A stretch of DNA of 64,000 nt from positions 25,277 through 89,276 of the forward strand of contig JAZOBJ010000035.1 in assembly GCA_045595895.1 (NCBI GenBank). Reading direction: 5' to 3'. The position numbers and the translations under genes are program-made. The stretch comes from Candidatus Alloscybalousia sp. (GTDB lineage: Bacteria; Bacillota_I; Bacilli_A; RF39; UBA660). Shown in pieces: positions 19,660-27,232 of the stretch (positions are counted from its first letter, which is position 1; each line of letters opens with the position of its first letter). The notes beneath the pieces are model-generated. The model was not told where the DNA came from. It was given only the letters and a program-made list of their open reading frames with translations, and searched no databases.

Positions 19660-20535
19660 TTATCCGTTAATTTGGTTCATTACTTCTTCAGCAAAGTTTT
19701 CTTGTTTTTTTTCGATTCCTTCTCCTACTTCGTAACGAATCATACTTACGATTTCTGAACCATTAGCTGTTACATAATCTTTAACAGTTTCTTTATTTTC
19801 AGCTTTTATGAACACTTGGTCTTCTAAGCAAACTTCAGCATAGTATTTATTTACTTTTCCAACTAGAATACCATCGATTCTATCAGCTGGTTTTCCTTCT
19901 TTAAGAAGTTGTTCTCTCATAACATCTTTTTCACGTTCTAATACTTCTGTAGGAACTTCACTTGATTTTACATAAGCTGGATTCATAGCAGCAGCATGCA
20001 TAGCTACTTCTTTAGCTACTTCTTCATTAGATCCGTTTAATAGAACTAACGTAGCAATTCTTCCACCCATGTGTGAATATGTACCAAATACTTGGTTATC
20101 ATTTTTATTTAATCTTGTAAATCTTCTGAAAGAGATTTTTTCTCCAATTTGTGCAACTGCAGCAGCAACCATATCTGCTATAGTACCTTCATCAGTAGTA
20201 AGTGCTAAAGCACTATCCATATCATTAACATCACTGTTCATGATAGCATTTGCTAATTTATCAACAAATTCAACAAACTTTTCATTTTTTGCAACGAAGT
20301 CAGTTTCAGAGTTAACTTCAAGTATTAATGCTTCATTTCCGTTTACTACCATTTTTGTAGTACCTTCAGCAGCAATTCTTCCTTCTTTTTTAGCAGCTTT
20401 TGCCATACCATTTTCTCTTAACCAATCGATTGCTTTTTCCATATCTCCATTTGTTGCATCTAGAGCTTTTTTGCAATCCATCATTCCAGCTCCAGTTCTT
20501 TCTCTTAAATCTTTTACATCACTAGCACTAAACAT
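19660..20535 (-). CDS. tsf: Elongation factor Ts
   Basis: 291 aa. The N-terminal UBA-like MFSASDVKDLRERTGAGMMDCKKAL is the canonical EF-Ts start. Confidence 0.9.
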   Translation of the reverse strand: MFSASDVKDLRERTGAGMMDCKKALDATNGDMEKAIDWLRENGMAKAAKKEGRIAAEGTTKMVVNGNEALILEVNSETDFVAKNEKFVEFVDKLANAIMNSDVNDMDSALALTTDEGTIADMVAAAVAQIGEKISFRRFTRLNKNDNQVFGTYSHMGGRIATLVLLNGSNEEVAKEVAMHAAAMNPAYVKSSEVPTEVLEREKDVMREQLLKEGKPADRIDGILVGKVNKYYAEVCLEDQVFIKAENKETVKDYVTANGSEIVSMIRYEVGEGIEKKQENFAEEVMNQING

Positions 20536-20556
20536 ATTTATTTCCTCCTAAAATTA

Positions 20557-21513
20557 TTATTTACTTAAAACTTCAACTAATTCAGCTTTTTTTAAGCTTG
20601 TGTATCCTTCGATACCTTTTTCTTTAGCCATAGCTTTTAATTCAGCTACTGTTAATTTAGAAAGATCAGTTGTTTCTTTTTTAACTTCTTCTTTCTTAGC
20701 TTCTTTTTTAGGAGCAGCTTTCTTTGTTTCTTTTACTTCTACTTCTTTAGTTTCTTCTTTAACTTCTTCTTTTACAGTTTCTTTCTTTGTTGCTTTACCT
20801 TTATCTTCATCAGTTAAATAATCAACCATTTCGCTACCATTAGCTTCACTAATTGCGTTAGCTAAAACTCCAATCATTAATTTAACACTTCTTACAGCGT
20901 CATCATTTCCTGGAATTACATAATCAACCATATCTGGATCACAGTTAGTGTCTACTACACCAAATACTGGGATTCCTAAAATACGTGCTTCTTTAATAGC
21001 GTTTTCTTCTTTACGAGGATCAACAATGATCATTGCTTCAGGCATTTTCTTCATTTCTCTGATTCCTCTTAAGTTTTTATTTAATTTTTCGTATTCTTTT
21101 TTGATTTGAATAACTTCTTTTTTAGGTAATAAATCGAAAGTTCCATCTTGTTCCATTTTTTCGATTTCTTCTAATCTTTTAATTCTAGTACGGATTGTTC
21201 TGAAGTTAGTTAATGTACCACCTAACCATCTTTCATTTACGAAATACATGTTAGTTCTGTTAGCACATTCTTCAGCTGCTTCTTGAGCTTGTTTTTTTGT
21301 ACCAACAAATAATACTTTACCACCGTTTTCAGCGATTTCCTTTAGTGCTTTGTATGCTTCTTCAATTTTCTTAGCTGTTTTTTGTAAATCGATTATATAA
21401 ATGTCATCTCTTGTTGTGAAGATGTATTCTTTCATTTTTGGATTCCATCTTCTTTTTTGGTGTCCGAAATGTACACCTGCTTCTAATAAATAATTCATTG
21501 AAACTACTGTCAT
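20557..21513 (-). CDS. rpsB: 30S ribosomal protein S2 with a roughly 70-aa Lys/Glu-rich and Rho_N/HeH-like C-terminal extension
   Basis: S2 core ([27 protein letters not shown]...). 318 aa versus about 245 typical. The tail ...[55 protein letters not shown] is shared with rplT. Confidence 0.9.
   Translation of the reverse strand: MTVVSMNYLLEAGVHFGHQKRRWNPKMKEYIFTTRDDIYIIDLQKTAKKIEEAYKALKEIAENGGKVLFVGTKKQAQEAAEECANRTNMYFVNERWLGGTLTNFRTIRTRIKRLEEIEKMEQDGTFDLLPKKEVIQIKKEYEKLNKNLRGIREMKKMPEAMIIVDPRKEENAIKEARILGIPVFGVVDTNCDPDMVDYVIPGNDDAVRSVKLMIGVLANAISEANGSEMVDYLTDEDKGKATKKETVKEEVKEETKEVEVKETKKAAPKKEAKKEEVKKETTDLSKLTVAELKAMAKEKGIEGYTSLKKAELVEVLSK
20615..20721 (-). repeat. Copy A of a near-identical roughly 110-nt DNA repeat encoding the shared C-terminal extension (rpsB 3' end)
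   Basis: About 110 nt with a single mismatch relative to 21668-21783. Flanks about 80% similar over about 180 nt. Confidence 0.7.
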
Positions 21514-21558
21514 TATAATTTTCTCCTTTTCGTTTTAATCTTCTACTAATTTCTAAAA

Positions 21559-21585
21559 CTAACCACCTATTAGGCACTAGGTTAG
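21559..21585 (-). terminator. Hairpin (CTAACC...GGTTAG) then a U-run between rplT and rpsB; probable intrinsic terminator or attenuator
   Basis: Inverted repeat CTAACCACCTATTAGGCACTAGGTTAG followed on the minus strand by TTTTAG. Confidence 0.4.
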
Positions 21586-21609
21586 TAAATTCATTAATAT
21601 GTTTATTTT

Positions 21610-22170
21610 TTATTTATTTAATGCTTCAACTAGTTCAGCTTTTTTCATTGTAGTGTAACCTTCTACACCTTTTTCTTTAGCCATAGCTTTTAATTCAGCT
21701 ACTGTTAATTTAGAAAGATCAGTTGTTTCTTCTTTAACTTCTTCTTTCTTAGCTTCTTTTTTAGGAGCAGCTTTTTTAACTTCTTTTACTTCTACTTCTT
21801 GTTTAGAAATTTTTCCAGCTTTTCCATCTTTAGCTACTTTAACTAATTCAGCAAATGCTTTTGGATCGTTAATAGCGATTTCTGATAACATTTTTCTGTT
21901 AACTTCAACACCAGCTTTAGTTAAACCTTCAATAAATCTTGAATAACTAATTTCGTTAGCACGACATGCAGCGTTGATACGTGCGATCCATAATTTTCTG
22001 AAATCTCTTTTCTTTTGTTTACGATCTCTAAATGCATATTGTCCTGAATGCATTAATTGTTCTTTAGCAGTTTTGTATAATCTATGTTTACTACCAAAGT
22101 ATCCTTTTGCTTGTTTTAATACTTTTTTATGACGAGCTTTAGTAACAGCTCCGTTTTTTACTCTTGCCAT
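21610..22170 (-). CDS. rplT: 50S ribosomal protein L20 with the same roughly 68-aa Rho_N/HeH-like C-terminal extension
   Basis: L20 core [38 protein letters not shown]...[24 protein letters not shown], then ...[55 protein letters not shown]. 186 aa versus about 118 typical. Confidence 0.9.
   Translation of the reverse strand: MARVKNGAVTKARHKKVLKQAKGYFGSKHRLYKTAKEQLMHSGQYAFRDRKQKKRDFRKLWIARINAACRANEISYSRFIEGLTKAGVEVNRKMLSEIAINDPKAFAELVKVAKDGKAGKISKQEVEVKEVKKAAPKKEAKKEEVKEETTDLSKLTVAELKAMAKEKGVEGYTTMKKAELVEALNK
21668..21783 (-). repeat. Copy B of the repeat encoding the shared C-terminal extension (rplT 3' end)
   Basis: See copy A; about 99% identity over about 110 nt. Confidence 0.7.
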
Positions 22171-22195
22171 GTTTATTCCCTCCTATTTTATATTA

Positions 22196-22384
22196 TTAGA
22201 TAATATTCTTGAATCTGTTTTGATCTGCTTTACTTAAACCAGATTGTTTTCTTCCTTTTCTATTGAATGCTGCAGACTTACTACCAGTATTATGTCTTGT
22301 TCCTGGATGTCCAATAGTGATAGTTCCACTTTTTCTAACGTTAAGTACTTTTTTCATTCCTTTATGTGTTTTTAATTTTCCCAT
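22196..22384 (-). CDS. rpmI: 50S ribosomal protein L35
   Basis: 62-aa basic protein MGKLKTHKGMKKVLNVRKSGTITIGHPGTRHN...; position between infC and rplT is conserved. Confidence 0.8.
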   Translation of the reverse strand: MGKLKTHKGMKKVLNVRKSGTITIGHPGTRHNTGSKSAAFNRKGRKQSGLSKADQNRFKNII

Positions 22385-22398
22385 AATATCCTCCTATA

Positions 22399-22932
22399 TT
22401 ATTTATCTTTTTTTGGTGCTAATAACATTATCATACTTCTACCATCAAGTTTAGCTTGTTGTTCTATGATAGAAATTTCTTCCAATCTTGCTGCAAATTT
22501 TTCTAGTACTTCTTTACCTAATTCAGTATGAGCCATTTGTCTACCTTTAAATCTAATAGATAATTTGATTTTATCTCCTTTTTCAAGGTATTTAGTTACT
22601 TGTCTTAATTTAGTTTCAAAGTCACCAATATCTATAACTGGTGATAGTCTAAACTCTTTTAAGTCAGCACTACTAGCTTTTTGTTTCTTTAATGCTTCTT
22701 TTTCTTTCTTTTGTTTTTCATAACGATATTTGTTATAATCCATTACTTTACAAACTGGTGGATTTTGATTTGGATTTAACATTACTAAATCAAGTCCTGC
22801 ATAGTTTGCTAAAGTTAAAGCATCTTGAATTGGTTTAACTCCTACTTGTTCCCCGTTTGGTCCAATTACTAGTACACTACTAGCTTTGATTTGCTCATTA
22901 ATCATAGGTTGATTACCTTTGTTACTTGCGAT
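22399..22932 (-). CDS. infC: Translation initiation factor IF-3. The start is ambiguous: an ATG at about 22905, or a non-ATG start (ATC) at about 22932 behind the strong SD GGAGGTG.
   Basis: INEQIKASSVLVIGPNGEQVGVKP...LDLVMLNPNQNPPVCKVMDY aligns with IF3 N- and C-domains. The track ORF start at 23037 would add about 40 non-homologous residues and overlaps the leader. Confidence 0.8.
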   Translation of the reverse strand: MASNKGNQPMINEQIKASSVLVIGPNGEQVGVKPIQDALTLANYAGLDLVMLNPNQNPPVCKVMDYNKYRYEKQKKEKEALKKQKASSADLKEFRLSPVIDIGDFETKLRQVTKYLEKGDKIKLSIRFKGRQMAHTELGKEVLEKFAARLEEISIIEQQAKLDGRSMIMLLAPKKDK

Positions 22933-22949
22933 AAGAAACACCTCCATAA

Positions 22950-23063
22950 AATATAAAAAAGATGGACATAAAAGTCCACCTTTAAAAAACCTAATTAATA
23001 TAATTTTAATTATTATATCTAATGGCTCTTTACCCAAAGCTACTCGCTATCAGGTGGACTTTT
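22950..23063 (-). promoter_or_regulatory. infC-rpmI-rplT 5' leader with terminator hairpin (GGUGGAC-UUUUAU-GUCCAUC + U6) and an upstream complementary segment (AAAAGUCCACC); L20-type attenuator candidate
   Basis: Hairpin at 22961-22980 followed by a U-run directly upstream of the infC SD. The 11-nt segment at 23053-23063 is complementary to the 5' half of the terminator, giving mutually exclusive structures. Confidence 0.4.
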
Positions 23064-23092
23064 AATCGCTTTCCTTTTTTAATTTCTATTCA

Positions 23093-23121
23093 ATTATACA
23101 TAAATTATGTATAGTTGTCAA
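23093..23121 (-). promoter_or_regulatory. Consensus sigma-A promoter (TTGACA-17-TATAAT) for the infC operon
   Basis: Reverse strand reads TTGACAactatacataatttatgTATAAT in the 100-nt gap between the upstream gene stop and the infC leader. Confidence 0.6.
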
Positions 23122-23141
23122 CATTTTTTATTGTATATATA

Positions 23142-25556
23142 TTACACAGTTTTTACTTTAATTATTGATTTAAATTCATCTTCTGTTAAACCAAGTTCAT
23201 CTAAAGTATAATATTCATCATTAGAAGCTACTGTAGTAATTATTGCATCTTGGAATTCAGGATCAATAATTACATCATCAGGAATTACATTTTCTTCAGG
23301 TGCTGTAGGTTTAGATGGTTCAACTGGTTGTGTTGGTTCAGATGGTGCTGGTTCAACCGGTTTGGTTTGTTCTGGTGTAGGAGCTGGTGTAGGAGCTGGT
23401 GTAGGTTGAGTTTGAGCATTTTGCTCTTGATTCTTTCTATTTACCTCTGCTTCTACATTTCTTCTATTTTCAGCATCTGCTTTTGCCGCATTATAACGAC
23501 TTGCAACTTCTCCGTCACTAGATGAAGCCCAACTTGAATTATATCCATTAGCATCACCTGCATAGAAATATTCATATGTTTGTGTATATACATTTTGTAA
23601 CATTGCTGCTCTTTCAGCTGCAGCTTTTTGTGCTTGTTCGTCAGCTTTTTGACTAGCTTCAGGTGTTGAAGCATCAACTTGACCAGTTGCTTTTTCTGTT
23701 TCTTTTCTTGCTTCTTCCATTGCTTGTTGTGGTGTAGTTTGGTTACCATTACTATCTGTAACTATAGCGTTAGGAGCAGTTAACTCTTTAGAAGTTGTTG
23801 TTTTACCAACTTCTTTTTTAGTTGTAACTTCATCTCCTTTTTGACCTTGTGTTACACCATGTTTACTATTATATTCCATTTGTAATTCTGAACGTTTAGC
23901 AGTTAAGAAATATACTTGATTTTCAGGATATAATCCTTGTTCTTTTAAATCATTATTAATTAACTCTAATAATTGACTAATTACATAAGTTCCTTCAGTT
24001 AGTTGATCAAATCTTGTATTAACATTATCCATTTGAGAAACAACTTGATCACCAATTTTTACATCACTTTCTGGATTTACTGTGATACTTCCAGCATAAG
24101 CTGCTTCAGAAATTGTATTCTCTGTTCTTAATGCATTAATATGTGAATTTGCTTGATTTAATTTTTCTATTTCACCACTACAGTAATCATCAGCAAAGCT
24201 TCTTGGCTTATCTGGTAATCTTAATGTATATCTAGAAGATGAAATATCATTTTCTTTTAAGAATTTAACTTCATCAAATTTATCAAATCCTTCAACTAAA
24301 TTTCTCATCATTAATTCATCAAATAAAGCTGTTTTAATTTCTAGTGTTTTATATACATCATTTTTAGTATCGTATACATCAATTGATTCTTTATCTTGAT
24401 ATTGATATATCTCAGAAACTATGCTGCAAGCAGGAAGGATAGTTCTTAATAAATATGATTTAGCACTATCTAATTCTGGATCCATAGTGTTTGCAAATTC
24501 ATTCCACCATTTTTTAATTTCTTGCATTTTTTCAAATGCTTCTTTTTCTTTTGTTTCGTCTTTTGCTAACACTTTCCATTCAGCAAACATTGCTTCTATT
24601 TCATTAACTTTAGCTAATTCTTTTTCATTAAAATTAATTAATTGTTCAATATTTAAATCACATTCATCACTACAAATATAGTATGTTCTAATACTATTCA
24701 TAGCATTATTAGCTGTATCGATAGTATTAACTGTATCGATATTAGCTCCACCTGTTAACGTTACATATTCATCATTTGTAAAATGTCCAAATCTTAATGA
24801 AAGTGAATATGCTTCCTCTGCAGTTAATCCAAAAGTACATTCAGGATTAGCAAGTCCATATTTTTCCATTTGTTCTTCAGTTAAAACAACTTTACCCCAA
24901 GATTCAGTTTCAAATTGAGAAAGCCAACTATGTGCTTTAACAGTTAAACTCTTTTGGTTTGTTTCAAGTGCGTTTTCACTATAGAATGCAAAATCTTTTC
25001 CATATATACTAGGAGTTTCTTGCAATTCTTCTATATTTGTATTATTAAATTCATTATTCTGTTTTGTTTCATTTTCTTTAGGTTTATGGTATTTATCATA
25101 AATTACTAATCCACCAACTCCTATTAAAGCAGCTAGTGCAATAAGTGCTGCTCTAGCAGCATCTTTTTTTTCGTTTTCTTCTTCTTCAATTTCAGGTGAA
25201 GAATTGATTATAGCGTCTGCTTTAGCGTAACTATCTTTAAATCTTTTATCGTTTACATCATACATGTTATAGTTTTCTATGTTTTCAAGATCTTGTCTAA
25301 TTTTATAGTTAATTGCATCAATTAATAATCCTCTATCTTCTATATCTATGTCTGTTAAATCAAATATTTGAGCAGTACCATCTGTATAGAAAACACATAT
25401 TATTTCTGAAGCAAGCTTCTTCTTATTGCCATCTAATCTATTATACTCTGCTTTATTACTACCAATAACAGCTTTTTCTATTGGCATGGATGGGCTATTT
25501 TTAAAATCTTCTACTGCAATTTGTAATTTTTCCATTTCGCTCATGATTATTAACAC
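23142..25556 (-). CDS. Hypothetical large membrane protein: about 130-aa cytoplasmic N-terminus, one TM, large extracellular region with a Pro/Thr-rich segment
   Basis: TM AALIALAALIGVGGLVIY. C-terminal QPTPAPTPAPTPEQTKPVEPAPSEPTQPVEPSKPTAPEE linker. No known domain recognised. Confidence 0.4.
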   Translation of the reverse strand: MLIIMSEMEKLQIAVEDFKNSPSMPIEKAVIGSNKAEYNRLDGNKKKLASEIICVFYTDGTAQIFDLTDIDIEDRGLLIDAINYKIRQDLENIENYNMYDVNDKRFKDSYAKADAIINSSPEIEEEENEKKDAARAALIALAALIGVGGLVIYDKYHKPKENETKQNNEFNNTNIEELQETPSIYGKDFAFYSENALETNQKSLTVKAHSWLSQFETESWGKVVLTEEQMEKYGLANPECTFGLTAEEAYSLSLRFGHFTNDEYVTLTGGANIDTVNTIDTANNAMNSIRTYYICSDECDLNIEQLINFNEKELAKVNEIEAMFAEWKVLAKDETKEKEAFEKMQEIKKWWNEFANTMDPELDSAKSYLLRTILPACSIVSEIYQYQDKESIDVYDTKNDVYKTLEIKTALFDELMMRNLVEGFDKFDEVKFLKENDISSSRYTLRLPDKPRSFADDYCSGEIEKLNQANSHINALRTENTISEAAYAGSITVNPESDVKIGDQVVSQMDNVNTRFDQLTEGTYVISQLLELINNDLKEQGLYPENQVYFLTAKRSELQMEYNSKHGVTQGQKGDEVTTKKEVGKTTTSKELTAPNAIVTDSNGNQTTPQQAMEEARKETEKATGQVDASTPEASQKADEQAQKAAAERAAMLQNVYTQTYEYFYAGDANGYNSSWASSSDGEVASRYNAAKADAENRRNVEAEVNRKNQEQNAQTQPTPAPTPAPTPEQTKPVEPAPSEPTQPVEPSKPTAPEENVIPDDVIIDPEFQDAIITTVASNDEYYTLDELGLTEDEFKSIIKVKTV

Positions 25557-25564
25557 TCCCTTTT

Positions 25565-26830
25565 TTATTTATTTCTTGTTTTACCTGTCATTGTATATCC
25601 TTGACTTAATAATGTTTTATCATTATAACTTGACCATTTATATGTTGTTTTAGCTTCTTGTAATAAAGTACGAGTTCTTACCTTATAATAACTTACATAT
25701 GCATAATATGGTTTTGAAGCTTCTTTTAATACTTGTACCATTGTTGTTTTTTGTTCTGTTCCATATAGTGGAATAGATCTATTTTCTGTTTCAGTACAAG
25801 TTGCAGCAATATTAGAATATTTAGTATATTTAGTTACTTTTCTAACTTGTTTTCTATATACTGGATATGGGTGATTAGTACATTCTTCGCTACATTCAGC
25901 ATTATTATCACCTTGAACAATCCATTGTGTATCTACAGTATTTGCTGGTGGATTGTATCCATATTCCCATTCATCAACATATTCCCAATCTGAATCAATT
26001 CTATAAATTGTTTCAGCATCTGCTACATATGTATAATTTGTACATACTGTATAATTATAAGTTCCTATTTGAACTGGTACAGTTTGTGTTACAGATGCAT
26101 ATTCATATTTTGGTTTAGTCATACCAATTTTAACATATTCAGTTCCTAAATCAACTACTTCTTTAGTATCAGTTAATCCGTATACAACACCATCATTAGC
26201 TTTCTTAATGTGTTTTGTCCAAGCTGACCATTCACTATATTGTGCTGTTATTGTTTTAGAATATTCATATTCTTTTTGTTTTACTGGTTTTACTGTAGGT
26301 TTAGTTGTTGGTTTTGGTGAAGTTGTTGGCTTTGAAGTTGGTTTTGGTGATACTGTTGGTTTAATTTCAGGTTTACCATCATCTTTTTCACATATATCAT
26401 ACTTACAATATGAATAGCATCCTAGATGAACTTCAATATAATCTTCTTCCTCACCACATTTTAAATTAACTTTCATTAAATACTCATTTTCTTTTTTCTC
26501 TAATGAAACATAAGATGCGGTTACATCACAAGAATCTCCATTTTTATCTGTAAATGGAATTAATAATTTCATGTCTAACATTTTTTGTAGAGTTATTGTA
26601 GTTTTATCTCCTACTTCTGCTGGTAATTTATCTGTTGTGAAATAAAGAATACCCGCATCTCTCATGTTGTATAAGTTAGCACTAAATATTTGATCTTTTA
26701 ATGGATTAATTGCTTCCATATTAGGCCATGGTACTAACCATCTTAAAAGTAACACAAAGATGATAATTAAAATTAATTTAAGTATGAAGTCTTTTATTAA
26801 ACTTCTTTTTTTGTTTTCTTCTGTATACAT
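25565..26830 (-). CDS. Hypothetical N-terminally anchored extracellular Cys-rich protein
   Basis: N-terminal TM (ILKLILIIIFVLLL). PT-rich linker PTVSPKPTSKPTTSPKPTTKPTVKP. Many Cys and aromatic residues. 8 nt downstream of the previous gene, so a likely operon. Confidence 0.4.
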   Translation of the reverse strand: MYTEENKKRSLIKDFILKLILIIIFVLLLRWLVPWPNMEAINPLKDQIFSANLYNMRDAGILYFTTDKLPAEVGDKTTITLQKMLDMKLLIPFTDKNGDSCDVTASYVSLEKKENEYLMKVNLKCGEEEDYIEVHLGCYSYCKYDICEKDDGKPEIKPTVSPKPTSKPTTSPKPTTKPTVKPVKQKEYEYSKTITAQYSEWSAWTKHIKKANDGVVYGLTDTKEVVDLGTEYVKIGMTKPKYEYASVTQTVPVQIGTYNYTVCTNYTYVADAETIYRIDSDWEYVDEWEYGYNPPANTVDTQWIVQGDNNAECSEECTNHPYPVYRKQVRKVTKYTKYSNIAATCTETENRSIPLYGTEQKTTMVQVLKEASKPYYAYVSYYKVRTRTLLQEAKTTYKWSSYNDKTLLSQGYTMTGKTRNK

Positions 26831-26878
26831 ACAAAATTCCCCCTTTGATTTATGCCGTATTATAACACAAATTTTTTT

Positions 26879-27181
26879 TTATGTCAAATATTTTTCTTCG
26901 ATTTCCACTATTGTACAACCGACATTGAAGAAATTAATATAATATTTATCCACTCTCTTATCTTTTTTTAATAATGAGTGAACTTGTTTTTTTAGTATTC
27001 CTGTACCAATTCCATGGATAATAATCAGTTTTGGATTTTTTAGTTTAACATTATCATCAATGAATTGTTTGACTAAAATTTCCGCAGTTATTCTATCTTC
27101 TCCATGTAAATCAATAGTAGGAAGATTACTATATAGTGGTAAATTTATATTAGTTATTTTTTTCGACATATTACCACCCAA
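26879..27181 (-). CDS. Stand-alone Smr (small MutS-related) domain protein
   Basis: IDLHGEDRITAEILVKQFI...LIIIHGIGTGILKKQVHSLLKK matches the Smr DLHG...IHGKGTG pattern. Confidence 0.65.
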   Translation of the reverse strand: MGGNMSKKITNINLPLYSNLPTIDLHGEDRITAEILVKQFIDDNVKLKNPKLIIIHGIGTGILKKQVHSLLKKDKRVDKYYINFFNVGCTIVEIEEKYLT

Positions 27182-27232
27182 TATATATTATAGCAAAAAT
27201 GAAGTTATCTTGGAAGATAAATCTTCATTTTT

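Noticed and set aside
23300-23420. Tandem CCAGCTCCTACACCAGCTCCTACACC-type repeats (reverse strand; PTPAPTPAPTP) and the similar stretch at 26270-26340
   Set aside because: In-frame low-complexity Pro/Thr linker coding sequence within CDSs, not an independent DNA repeat element or CRISPR array.
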